DNA from: a bacterium
Lineage (GTDB): Bacteria > Zhuqueibacterota > Zhuqueibacteria > Oceanimicrobiales > Oceanimicrobiaceae
NCBI GenBank assembly: GCA_046757165.1
Contig: JBHHXT010000007.1
Span: forward strand, 1-63,381
Reading direction: 5' to 3'
Length of the DNA: 63,381 nt
In this document: in pieces, positions 47,428-57,078 of the stretch
Layout of the letters: every line of letters starts with the position of its first letter
Numbering within the stretch: position 1 is the first letter of the stretch
The notes under the pieces: model-generated
What the model was told of the DNA's origin: nothing
What the model saw: only the letters and a program-made list of their open reading frames with translations
The model's database searches: none
Translations under genes and position numbers: made by a program

Positions 47428-48752
47428 CGCAAAATCTCGTACAACGTTGAAGGGTTCTCGAGCCGATAGGCGCCAAACCCGTTGTCATCAAAGAAGACGA
47501 GCTGGCGATTGTATTTGTAGTAGACCCAGACCTGAATGGCCTTGACCGTCTTGCCAGGGCTGGTTCTGTTGTTGTAAGGTCTCCGATTGATGTTGTCGGG
47601 TGGGCCCAGCAGAACGTAGACCCAACCGCGGTCTGTCTTCCAGCCAACTTTGCCCATCTGCGCAAAATTTGAATTGGCATAGGCCACGCGCCCGTAGTAT
47701 TCGTCTAACAACTCATTTTCAGAGGTCTCGGGCGTGGGATCCCGCCTTTTCCAGAAATTCAAAAACTCCACGTGCTTGTCCTCTTCCTCGAGATTGCGCA
47801 GGTACTCATATTCCTGGTTCGAAGTCAGATACTTCAGCACCTCTATCGCTTCATCGATATTCGAGAAATAGCCAGGCAACCCTTCCAGGTGCCAGTTGAA
47901 CGACTTCTCGATCTTGCGGGTTTTACCCTGGTATTTGATTTTGACTTTCACACGGTAATCGCCATGAGAGAGGGTCTCGCCCTGGATGTCTATGAAGTTC
48001 TGCGTGATCCGGCGCTCGCTCTTGCTCCAATATTTGTCCACCAGTGCGACGCTGTCATCTGCGCTCAACACCTCGTACTCCACCCAGAAACTGTCTGTCG
48101 GGGCGACGTTGTAGACTTCAAAATAGACCAGGATTTTGGCGTGCTTACTTTGCATGCTGGACACTCGCGGCTGAAAGATCAATTTCCCGTCTTCACCCCT
48201 GCGAATGTCATCCAGGAACAGAATGTCGCTCACGCGCAATTCATCATCCGAGTATTGCCGCAATTCAACCCGTCCTGTCGTCTGAGACGAACGCCGGGTT
48301 TCGACATCTTCAACTTTGACCACGACCTGATACTGGTCAGGTGGAAGTTCAAACGTGACCCGGCTCATCATGAATTTCTCGCGCGAGTTGACTTCATCGA
48401 TGGTGGCAAGCATCACCTTATCTCCAAAGTCCTTGGCGTCAACCTTTTCACCGGCGCTGTTGAGAATGGTGACATCAACCGTATACTTGGCCATAAAACT
48501 GTCATTCGATGCCTTGACGAATTGCAGCTCATCATACACAACCCGGACGTAAACATCCAGACGGCTTAACTGAGGATGGACGGAAGCCAGGTTAACGGTC
48601 TCCATGTCGAACAACAGGGTATCGCTGTCAGAGCGCGTTGAAACCGGCGTGGAGAAGGCGGGAGAAGCAAAGATGGTCAGAAAAATCGCAACTGCCATAC
48701 CGCACGTTTGTTTGATTTGCATCTTCTTGCAAAAAATCAAAGACACTAACAT
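47424..48752 (-). CDS. GWxTD-domain protein, secreted
   Basis: Signal peptide; FWKRRDPTPETSENE..EYYGRV, GWKTDRGWVYVLLGPPD. Confidence 0.9.
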   Translation of the reverse strand: MLVSLIFCKKMQIKQTCGMAVAIFLTIFASPAFSTPVSTRSDSDTLLFDMETVNLASVHPQLSRLDVYVRVVYDELQFVKASNDSFMAKYTVDVTILNSAGEKVDAKDFGDKVMLATIDEVNSREKFMMSRVTFELPPDQYQVVVKVEDVETRRSSQTTGRVELRQYSDDELRVSDILFLDDIRRGEDGKLIFQPRVSSMQSKHAKILVYFEVYNVAPTDSFWVEYEVLSADDSVALVDKYWSKSERRITQNFIDIQGETLSHGDYRVKVKIKYQGKTRKIEKSFNWHLEGLPGYFSNIDEAIEVLKYLTSNQEYEYLRNLEEEDKHVEFLNFWKRRDPTPETSENELLDEYYGRVAYANSNFAQMGKVGWKTDRGWVYVLLGPPDNINRRPYNNRTSPGKTVKAIQVWVYYKYNRQLVFFDDNGFGAYRLENPSTLYEILR

Positions 48753-48801
48753 AGCACACCTCGACTGAGATAAAAAATGAAGGCCACCTCCTGCAAGCCG
48801 G

Positions 48802-50091
48802 CTAGACCGTTATTCTGCCCTGCAATTCATGGTCCCCACACGTCATGATTTTGGTAGAATAAAAGCGGCCAATGATGAGCTCTTGCTCCTCAATAGAAAC
48901 TGAATTGTCGATTTCCGGGCAGTCGGAACCCGTACGGCCAACAAATACGCCCAAATCGCTTTGATACGCATCGATCACCACTTCCAGAGTTTTACCAACC
49001 AATCCCTGATTAAGTTCGAATGAAACCTGGGTTTGCAGGTCATTTAGTTCGGCCCACCTCTCCTGCATGATATGGTCCGAGACTTGATCGGGAAAATGGC
49101 TGGCGGGCGTGCCCTGCTCTCTCGAATAGGTGAACAATCCCAACCGTTCGAAACGAATGTCTTCGACGAAGTCGCATAATTCGCGATGGTCGGCCTCGGT
49201 CTCCCCGGGAAACCCCGAGATAAGCGTCGTGCGGATGGCGAGCTGTGGGTGACCCGCGCGCAATTTATGGATAATGCTTTCGATATCCTTTCGTTTCACT
49301 TTGCGTGCCATACGCCGTAGCAAACGGTCTGATACATGCTGGATCGGCATATCTATATACTTGATAACCTGATGTTTGTCTATGATTATTTCAATGATAT
49401 CCTCTGAAAAATGAGCGGGATACGTATAGAGCAAGCGAATCCACTTGAATACCTTGATATCGCACAGCTTGTCGAGCAAAGGGGCCAATCGTCTTTTGCC
49501 GTACAAATCCTGGCCGTAGATGGTGGTGTCCTGCGCCACCAGGAGCAGCTCGCGCACGCCCCGCTCAGCCAGCATGTGCGCCTCCTCGACCAGCGCTTCG
49601 AGCGGCCGGCTTCTGAACCTGCCCCGAATCGCCGGAATCGCGCAGAACGTGCACGGATTTTCACACCCCTCGGAGATCTTGAGATAGGCATAGTGCCGCG
49701 GTGTGCTTATCAGACGCTCCCCAAGAATCTCCCGCTTCAGGTTGAGCTCTGTGGTCAGCTCTTTGAGAATTTGGTTCATATCACGGTTGCCGTAGAAGCC
49801 GTCCACTTCTGGAACCTCCCGCGCCAGCTCATGCGGGTAGCGTTGTGACAGACAACCGGTGACGAAAAGCTTAGTGCACCTGCCCTGCTTTTTCATCTCC
49901 ACAGCCTGCAAGATCGCGTCGATGGATTCTTCCTTCGCGCCCTGAATAAAGCCGCACGTATTCAGGATGATGGTTTCTGCTTCCCGCGGGTCGTCGACAA
50001 ATTCAATGCCCTCACCGTTGAGACCGCCGAGCAGGAGCTCGGAATCCACCAGGTTTTTCGGACAGCCGAGCGTGGTCAGATTGACTTTCAT
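48802..50091 (-). CDS. rimO: Ribosomal protein S12 methylthiotransferase
   Basis: LGCPKNLVDSE, NTCGFI, GCLSQRY, AYLKISEGCENPCTFC and a TRAM domain. Confidence 0.95.
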   Translation of the reverse strand: MKVNLTTLGCPKNLVDSELLLGGLNGEGIEFVDDPREAETIILNTCGFIQGAKEESIDAILQAVEMKKQGRCTKLFVTGCLSQRYPHELAREVPEVDGFYGNRDMNQILKELTTELNLKREILGERLISTPRHYAYLKISEGCENPCTFCAIPAIRGRFRSRPLEALVEEAHMLAERGVRELLLVAQDTTIYGQDLYGKRRLAPLLDKLCDIKVFKWIRLLYTYPAHFSEDIIEIIIDKHQVIKYIDMPIQHVSDRLLRRMARKVKRKDIESIIHKLRAGHPQLAIRTTLISGFPGETEADHRELCDFVEDIRFERLGLFTYSREQGTPASHFPDQVSDHIMQERWAELNDLQTQVSFELNQGLVGKTLEVVIDAYQSDLGVFVGRTGSDCPEIDNSVSIEEQELIIGRFYSTKIMTCGDHELQGRITV

Positions 50092-51014
50092 TCGAACAGG
50101 GCCTCGACGAAGGTGTGCGCGTCGAAGGGTTTCAAGTCATCCATGGATTCGCCCAGTCCGACAAACTTGACGGGCAAGTCGAGCTCATTTTGCACAGCCA
50201 GAATCATTCCGCCTTTTGCCGTGCCATCCAGCTTGGTCACAACCACGCCGGTAACACCGACGGCATCTTTGAACTGCTTTGCTTGAATAATTGCATTTTG
50301 ACCTGTGCTGGCGTCCAGCACCAGAAGGACTTCGTGGGGCGAGCCAGCGATTGCCTTATCGAGCACCCGGTGGATTTTCTTCAATTCCTCCATCAAATTG
50401 ACTTTGGTGTGCAGCCGGCCAGCGGTGTCCACGATGAGCACATCCACCTCGCGCGCGAGCGCTGCTTGCGAGGCATCGAAGGCAACCGCTGCCGGGTCTC
50501 CGCCCTGCTGCGTGCGCACGATATCGACCCTGGCACGGTCGGCCCAGACCTGCAACTGCTCAGAAGCAGCGGCACGAAAGGTGTCCGCGGCGGCGAGCAG
50601 CACTTTGTTGCCCTGGTCGCGAAATACTCTGGCCAACTTCGCGATGGTGGTGGTCTTGCCAGAACCATTGACGCCGACCACCATCACTACAAAGGGTTTG
50701 ACGACCGGGTTAAAAAACTCTTCCGCCTGGCGGTTGTCCGAGCTCGTAGCCAAATGCTCACCAATCTGATCTTTGAGAAATCCGATGAGATCATCGGTGT
50801 GGTTAAAACCGACCCGGTTGACCGTGTCTCTCAGTTTTTCGATGACATCCAAAGAAGTCTCGACCCCGATGTCCGCACTGATCAGAATTTCCTCCACCTG
50901 GTCCAGGAAATCATCATCGATTTCATAGTTATTCTTTACCAGGCTGACGATTTCGTCGACCAGGCCGGCGCGCGTTTTCGCCAGCCCACGTTTGAATGTT
51001 TCGAAAAGAGACAT
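50088..51014 (-). CDS. ftsY: Signal recognition particle receptor FtsY
   Basis: GVNGSGKTTT, DTFRAAA, DTAGR, TKLDGTAKGG. Confidence 0.97.
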   Translation of the reverse strand: MSLFETFKRGLAKTRAGLVDEIVSLVKNNYEIDDDFLDQVEEILISADIGVETSLDVIEKLRDTVNRVGFNHTDDLIGFLKDQIGEHLATSSDNRQAEEFFNPVVKPFVVMVVGVNGSGKTTTIAKLARVFRDQGNKVLLAAADTFRAAASEQLQVWADRARVDIVRTQQGGDPAAVAFDASQAALAREVDVLIVDTAGRLHTKVNLMEELKKIHRVLDKAIAGSPHEVLLVLDASTGQNAIIQAKQFKDAVGVTGVVVTKLDGTAKGGMILAVQNELDLPVKFVGLGESMDDLKPFDAHTFVEALFE

Positions 51015-51156
51015 GTTCTTCTGGCTTTTCCTTTTGGTCTTGACGCTCTGCGTCAAGTGACGAGACGCGGAGCGTCAAACATCTGGTTCCAGAACGTTCG
51101 TCTTAAAATAGGCCTTCGTCAGGCGATCCGGCTTCTGTCTTACTCAGGGAGATTGC

Positions 51157-51747
51157 TTACTCCTCCTGTTCGTTCGCCATGACTTTTTCAACACCATCCT
51201 GCTTAATGCCGGCAGGGCGGGTTAACTTCATCAATTTTCTTATGTAAACGATCGAGGAGGCAAGCATCAACACCACGCTACACCACAACAAGAATGTCTT
51301 TGCCCACTCCCACTTCAGGGTATAGCTGATGAAGGTCAGGGCGAGGGCACTGACGGTAACCTTGCCAAGCATATTCGATTCCACGATCTCTTTTGTGCGA
51401 ACCGTCAGCATCAATCCCAGGATCAGGATGGCAGCGTCGCGGGACAGAATCAATGCCAGGAACCAGGGCGGCAGGTTATGTTCCTTGACCAGCACGAATG
51501 CCAGAATTCCCATGCACACTTTGTCGGCGACCGGGTCGAGGACTCTGCCGAGGTCGGATTTCTGTTGTAGTCGGCGCGCGAGCCAGCCGTCAAGCGCATC
51601 GGTCAACGCCGCCAGCAGCATGACGGCCACCGCGAGATGGCTAGCAGCTGTGGTCTTCAGATTGAGCAAGTAATAAATGGGGGCCGCCAGGACAATCCGG
51701 GTGGTGCTCAGAATATTTGAGACGTAACGAAACTCACGAAATTTCAC
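51157..51747 (-). CDS. CDP-alcohol phosphatidyltransferase (PgsA-like)
   Basis: DALDGWLARR...GRVLDPVADK signature. Confidence 0.92.
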   Translation of the reverse strand: MKFREFRYVSNILSTTRIVLAAPIYYLLNLKTTAASHLAVAVMLLAALTDALDGWLARRLQQKSDLGRVLDPVADKVCMGILAFVLVKEHNLPPWFLALILSRDAAILILGLMLTVRTKEIVESNMLGKVTVSALALTFISYTLKWEWAKTFLLWCSVVLMLASSIVYIRKLMKLTRPAGIKQDGVEKVMANEQEE

Positions 51748-51768
51748 GCTCTACCCCTGCGATAATTC

Positions 51769-52947
51769 TCATTTTGTCATAAATGCCCGCACGACCTCAA
51801 AAATCAAGGACGGATGTTTCACCAACGCGCATTTGAAAATGTTGACCAGAGTTCTTTTTTCTGGCGGCAGCTCCAGGACGGAATCCGCTGTTCGATTCAA
51901 GTCGTCATCGGTGAGTTTATAGATCGCCCGCTTGATTTTGTGAAACCGTTGGTGGTTTTTTCCTTCTGCCTGATGCCAGGCCCGGGCGTAGTGCTGAAGT
52001 CGCTTTGCGGAGTAATCCTCTTCCTGGACCGCAGCGGCGGCAATGCGGCCAGCAATTTGTCCGGCCAGCATCGCTGTAGTGATGCCGCCGCCAGAAATCG
52101 GGTTCACCTGGTGGGCCGCATCGCCTACCAGCATAAGACCGTCGGCGACGATTTTTCGAAGCGTCGGCGCACAAGGCACGCCTCCGACCACCGTGTACAG
52201 CACAGAAGCATGAGGAAAATGGTTGGCGATAAACTCCTGCAAATAGCGCCTGGCAGACTTCTCGCGCGCAAACTCGCCGGAAATTCCAAGACCCACATTC
52301 GCAACACGGTCATTCTTGGGAAACACCCACAGATACCCGCCTGGCGCCACGTCGCGGCCAAAATAGAAGATGACATAGCGGGGATCGAGGTCGAGGTTCG
52401 TCAACGTCATTTGCAGGCAGCTTTCCATGTCCTTCATCTTGGTGTTGGTGCGCAACCCGGCCCAACGCCCGACACGCGATTCGACGCCGTCGGCGCCGAT
52501 GACGATCTTTGCGCCAATGTCGTAGCGCTGCCCCAGGTGCTGCACACGCACCCCTTGCACGGCGCCGTTCGATTTGATCAGGTCGCAAACATAGGCCTTG
52601 GTCAGCACCTCAACGCCGCTCATGGAGGCAATCTGCACCAGCTCATAATCGAATATCTTGCGGTCCAGCATGTAGCCCTGCTCGCTGTCGCTGGCGATGA
52701 CCACCTGCCGGCCGTGCGGAGAAACGAGTATGGCGCCTTGAATGGTGTTGCTGATCCAGCGCGGGCGCGGCTCGACCACCGCCCGCAATCCGGCAACGCC
52801 CACCGCTTCTGCGCAACGCACCGGCGTCCCGATCTCACGGTCCTTCTCCAGCAAAAGCACGCGGGCGCCGTTATCCGCAGCGTGCTTTGCGGCCCAGGCC
52901 CCGCCGGGCCCGCCGCCTACGACAATACAATCATAGCTGGGTCGCAT
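51769..52947 (-). CDS. Geranylgeranyl reductase family flavoprotein (digeranylgeranylglycerophospholipid reductase-like)
   Basis: GGGPGG, EIGTPVRCAEA, GADGVES, PGGYLWVFPK, GDAAHQVNPISGGGI. Confidence 0.9.
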   Translation of the reverse strand: MRPSYDCIVVGGGPGGAWAAKHAADNGARVLLLEKDREIGTPVRCAEAVGVAGLRAVVEPRPRWISNTIQGAILVSPHGRQVVIASDSEQGYMLDRKIFDYELVQIASMSGVEVLTKAYVCDLIKSNGAVQGVRVQHLGQRYDIGAKIVIGADGVESRVGRWAGLRTNTKMKDMESCLQMTLTNLDLDPRYVIFYFGRDVAPGGYLWVFPKNDRVANVGLGISGEFAREKSARRYLQEFIANHFPHASVLYTVVGGVPCAPTLRKIVADGLMLVGDAAHQVNPISGGGITTAMLAGQIAGRIAAAAVQEEDYSAKRLQHYARAWHQAEGKNHQRFHKIKRAIYKLTDDDLNRTADSVLELPPEKRTLVNIFKCALVKHPSLIFEVVRAFMTK

Positions 52948-53132
52948 TCCATCTCACCGGACTGTTCAAGCGGGACAAGCGTCTCTACCGGACAAATCCA
53001 GACACACAGCATGCAATCGATGCAGTGCTTCAGGATTTCAATTCGTGCTTCCCGCAGCTCGATGGCATCCACCGGGCACACGGCGACACAAACACCACAG
53101 AAATCACATTTGTCCTCGATAATGCCGATCAT
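52917..53132 (-). CDS. 2[4Fe-4S] ferredoxin
   Basis: CDFCGVCVAVCP and CIDCMLCVWICP. Confidence 0.92.
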   Translation of the reverse strand: MIGIIEDKCDFCGVCVAVCPVDAIELREARIEILKHCIDCMLCVWICPVETLVPLEQSGEMECDPAMIVLS

Positions 53133-54091
53133 AGACTGGGATAATTGACCCCAAATCGTAATCGATAGTAAAGCTTTGAAACGAAATAAACTCCCACCAG
53201 GCCCAAAAACAGCGTAAAACTATCGTGCTCGATTCCCCACTTGAAACAAATCGTCAGCGCGAGCAGAAAAATCGGGTATTTCATGGCGCGAGCGACGTCG
53301 TGGAGCTTGAGACTCATGCCAGCCCAGACAAAGAAAGGCAGGGAAAAAAACGCCGGGTAGAAAATCAGCTCATCCTGCAAAACATACGCCGAAATAACGG
53401 CAATCAAATCGAAAAACAGGCCCGTGTAAACGGTCACCGCCAATCCGTACTTTGCACCAAAACTCGATGCGCCCGATGGCGCCCCTTCTTCATCAGGTAG
53501 AGTCGTGATAATGAAAATGGCAATGATGACGCTAACGTAGGGCACCGCGTAGACGAGCAATTCTTTGCTGACCTGCCCGTTGAGAAGCCAACCGGCCAAG
53601 AAAATCAAGAACGCGCCTAGCGCGGCGGTCAATACAGCAGCGATGGGTTTGTCTTTGAAATTGAAGGGTGAAAAACTGTATAAGAGGCCGGTGATGAGCA
53701 AGAGACCGACAAATACTACTCCTAATTTCCAGGACAACATGAAGGAAAAGAGGATCGCCCCCAGCGCAAGAACCACCGCCTCGATGAAGGCGGCTTTTGG
53801 CGTGAGGTAGTTCGGCGCGATCAAACGCAGGTTGCGGCTGCGGTTTTCAGACTTGCGCTCCATGACCTGATGCAGAATAAAGATCGCACCCATCAGAAGC
53901 GTCAAGGCCAGGCCAACCCAGAGAAAACTGATGCCGCCGGCGCTCCCGGCGCCATTCATGCCATGCAACTCTGCTGCCACCGCCGTCTTTTCCTGGCCAT
54001 AATACCCGGCCAGAAACACGGTCCAGACGGGAAAAAACAGCACGGGCCGCAGGACAAAAATGTAATCAAAGGGTTTAAGCAGTTTCTTCAT
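53129..54091 (-). CDS. UbiA-family prenyltransferase-like membrane protein with degenerate Asp-rich motifs
   Basis: LRP near the N-terminus, YSFSPFNFK, TLPDEEG, about 9 TMs; the first Asp motif region reads HQVMERKSE. Confidence 0.75.
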   Translation of the reverse strand: MKKLLKPFDYIFVLRPVLFFPVWTVFLAGYYGQEKTAVAAELHGMNGAGSAGGISFLWVGLALTLLMGAIFILHQVMERKSENRSRNLRLIAPNYLTPKAAFIEAVVLALGAILFSFMLSWKLGVVFVGLLLITGLLYSFSPFNFKDKPIAAVLTAALGAFLIFLAGWLLNGQVSKELLVYAVPYVSVIIAIFIITTLPDEEGAPSGASSFGAKYGLAVTVYTGLFFDLIAVISAYVLQDELIFYPAFFSLPFFVWAGMSLKLHDVARAMKYPIFLLALTICFKWGIEHDSFTLFLGLVGVYFVSKLYYRLRFGVNYPSL

Positions 54092-54127
54092 TTCTCCACT
54101 TCGGTAAAGTCCATAAATAGAAGCTGT

Positions 54128-55543
54128 TTACTCATCCTCAGACAAATCCTTGCTCGTCCCCTGCTCGGCAGGCAACGGGTACTCGCCAGTGAAACAGGCA
54201 GTGCAAAACCCGGCCTTCTTATCCCTGGAAATCGCGCTCACCATGCCCTGCAGAGAAAGATAGCCCAGACTATCCACACCTAAATATTGGCGGATTTCCT
54301 CGATGGTCCGGCTGGAAGCAATCAGCTCGTCTTTGGTCGGAAAGTCCATCCCGTAAAAGCACGGCGACGTGATCGGGGGCGAGCTGACACGCACATGGAC
54401 CTCCTTTGCGCCCGCTCGTCTGAGCATTCGGGTCAGATGTTTCAACGTCGTGCCGCGCACAATGGAATCCTCGACCACGACAACCCGGCGACCGCGCAAA
54501 ACGCCTTCGACCGGATTGAACTTAACCCGCACATCGAATTCGCGTGCCGACTGCTCCGGGTGGATAAACGTCCGGCCGACATAGTGGTTCCGAATCAAGC
54601 CGATTTCGAATTTGATGCCGGAGCGACTGGCGTAGCCAAGCGCCGCGGTATTTGAGGAATCCGGCACCGAGATGACAATATCCGCCTCCGCCGGATGCTC
54701 GATCGCCAGGTTTTTGCCGAGCTTGCGTCTGGCGCGGTCGACGTTTTCATCAAAGATCTTGCTGTCAGGCCGGGAAAAGTAGACGTGCTCGAAGATGCAG
54801 GCACAGCGGGTGGCTTGCTCCTCCAGCCAGGTGCTCTGCGGCCCGTTTTGGTCGACGAGGAGAATCTCCCCTGGCTCGATTTCCCGCACGTAGTCTGCGC
54901 CGATCAAATCGAGGGCGCAGGTCTCCGAGACGATGAAGGTGGCGCCGTCATCTTCGCCCAACGACAGGGGCCGCCAGCCTCGGGGGTCGCGCACGCCAAA
55001 CACCTGGTTGCGGGTGATAATCACCAGCGAGTAGGCGCCCTGCAAGACCGCGAGCGCCTCTTTGATCTTGCCGGCGATACTCTGTGCCTGCGCGCGGGCC
55101 ATCAGGTGCAGTATCACCTCGGTGTCTGAGGTGGTCTGGAAGATGGCGCCCTCTGCCACGAGCCTGTCCCGCACGGCACGGGTGTTGACGAAATTGCCAT
55201 TATGCGAAATCGCCACTGGCCCGTCCTGAAAATTGACTAAGAACGGCTGCGCGTTGTGCAGCATGGTCGAACCCGTGGTGGAATAGCGATTATGCCCGAT
55301 AGCCAGGTTGCCTTTCAAAGACTTCAAAACCTCGAGATCTGAAAAAGCCTGGTTCACCAGCCCCATTCCCACATGACGGTAAACATGGGTGCCATCACTC
55401 GAAACGATGCCAGAACTCTCCTGACCCCGGTGCTGCAGCGCAAACAAAGCTTGATAGGCAAAGATAGACGCCTCCTCCTGTCCGTAGACGGCAACGATGC
55501 CACAGTTTGCTCTGGGCTTATCGCTTTCTGAGTTTACTTGCAT
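54128..55543 (-). CDS. purF: Amidophosphoribosyltransferase
   Basis: Propeptide then CGI, QHRGQE, GHNRYST, YFSRPDS, VPDS, DSIVRGTT, CTACF. Confidence 0.97.
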   Translation of the reverse strand: MQVNSESDKPRANCGIVAVYGQEEASIFAYQALFALQHRGQESSGIVSSDGTHVYRHVGMGLVNQAFSDLEVLKSLKGNLAIGHNRYSTTGSTMLHNAQPFLVNFQDGPVAISHNGNFVNTRAVRDRLVAEGAIFQTTSDTEVILHLMARAQAQSIAGKIKEALAVLQGAYSLVIITRNQVFGVRDPRGWRPLSLGEDDGATFIVSETCALDLIGADYVREIEPGEILLVDQNGPQSTWLEEQATRCACIFEHVYFSRPDSKIFDENVDRARRKLGKNLAIEHPAEADIVISVPDSSNTAALGYASRSGIKFEIGLIRNHYVGRTFIHPEQSAREFDVRVKFNPVEGVLRGRRVVVVEDSIVRGTTLKHLTRMLRRAGAKEVHVRVSSPPITSPCFYGMDFPTKDELIASSRTIEEIRQYLGVDSLGYLSLQGMVSAISRDKKAGFCTACFTGEYPLPAEQGTSKDLSEDE

Positions 55544-55574
55544 GGAGGCAGATTCACGTTGCGTGCCCTGAAAT

Positions 55575-56909
55575 CTAATTAAAGGCAGCCGGAAATAGAA
55601 TCCGGCAAATCAACAGAGACGTCACCGCGATGGGCGTAATAAAGCGAATAAAAAACGAATAGACCGCCTGACCGCGATACCTTTCGTTCCCTTTGGCAAT
55701 CTCGGCATTGACTTTCGCCGCGCCCCATTTCCAGCCGACAAAAATGGCAACCCCGAGCGAGCCAATAATGAGCGAATACTGTCCGAAAATCGTATCCATC
55801 AGGCCCAGAAACTGAATACTCAAAGCCGCCGGAATCCCGACCAGGAACGCCCCGCCACCCGCAATGGTCACCGCCTTTTTTCTCGACATCTTCATTTCAT
55901 CAATGAAATAGGCCGCCGGAACTTCGACAATGGAGATCAATGACGTCACCGCGGCCACAGCCAGCAGGATGAAAAATCCTGTCCCAAACCAATTGCCAAA
56001 GGGGATGGCATTGAAGACGTTTGGCAACACCTCGAATATCAGACTTGGACCCGTTTTAGGATCCAAGCCGGGAAAAGCGTAGATAGCAGGCATAATCGCA
56101 AAGCCGGCCAGCAAAGCAATGAACGTGTCGAGCGATACGACCCAGGAGGCGGAGGAAATGAGATTATCCTTTTGAGACAAATAGCTCCCGTACGTAATCA
56201 TGGTGCCCATGCCAAGACTCAACGAGAAGAATGCCTGCCCAACCGCCGCCACGACGCCTTCACCACTGAATTTGCTCCAGTCCGGCAACATATAGAATTC
56301 CAGGCCTCGCCCTGCGCCCTCTAATGTGACTGAGCGAACGACAACCAGGATCAAGATCAGGAGCAGAATCGGCATCAGTATCTTGGACCAACGCTCGATT
56401 CCAGCCTTGACGCCGCCATAGAGAATCAGCATGGTGATGAACATGAATATGGCGTGGCATCCGATGGCCATGAGTGGGTCGCCGGTAAACGCCTTGAAAA
56501 TCTCCTTGACCTGCTCAGAGGTCTGGCCAGTGAAGGCGCCGGCCGCGGTCTTGAAAATATAGCCAAAGGTCCAGCCGGCGATGACGCTATAAAAAGACGA
56601 TATGCCCCAGCCGGTCAGGACGCCAAGCAGGCCAAGAAACTTCCAGGGGGTTCGTGGGGCGAGAGTCTTATAGGCACCGACTGGATTTCTTTGCGTATGG
56701 CGCCCCAAAGAGAGCTCCGCGATCATCACGGCCAGGCAGATCAGAACCACACTCAGCAAGTAAACGATTACGAATGCCGCCCCGCCATACTTGCCTGCCG
56801 TGGTCGGAAACCGCCAGATGTTGCCAAGCCCCACGGCCGAACCCGCTCCTGCCAGAATAAATCCTATTTTGGATGACCAGACCCCGCGTTCTTGATTTTG
56901 TTCACTCAT
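55575..56909 (-). CDS. Sodium-dependent transporter, NSS/SNF family
   Basis: GSAVGLGNIWRFP, GGAAF, QAFFSLSLG, ITYGSY. Confidence 0.95.
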   Translation of the reverse strand: MSEQNQERGVWSSKIGFILAGAGSAVGLGNIWRFPTTAGKYGGAAFVIVYLLSVVLICLAVMIAELSLGRHTQRNPVGAYKTLAPRTPWKFLGLLGVLTGWGISSFYSVIAGWTFGYIFKTAAGAFTGQTSEQVKEIFKAFTGDPLMAIGCHAIFMFITMLILYGGVKAGIERWSKILMPILLLILILVVVRSVTLEGAGRGLEFYMLPDWSKFSGEGVVAAVGQAFFSLSLGMGTMITYGSYLSQKDNLISSASWVVSLDTFIALLAGFAIMPAIYAFPGLDPKTGPSLIFEVLPNVFNAIPFGNWFGTGFFILLAVAAVTSLISIVEVPAAYFIDEMKMSRKKAVTIAGGGAFLVGIPAALSIQFLGLMDTIFGQYSLIIGSLGVAIFVGWKWGAAKVNAEIAKGNERYRGQAVYSFFIRFITPIAVTSLLICRILFPAAFN

Positions 56910-57078
56910 GCCTTATGCTCCCTCCGTAATTGTTTGATTCTAAAGTGAGGTGAATCCTGCTTCCTTTAAAGTCTCCAGTTTCTCTATTTGATTCATCACT
57001 TGTGCAAATACAACCGGGGGTTTCGCTTTCCAGAATTTTTCCGTCGGGACGGGAAGTGAACTTCATACAGCAAAAGAT

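Noticed and set aside
56910..57078. Possible riboswitch or leader upstream of the NSS transporter
   Set aside because: No recognisable aptamer consensus or convincing terminator/antiterminator by eye; an Rfam scan would be decisive
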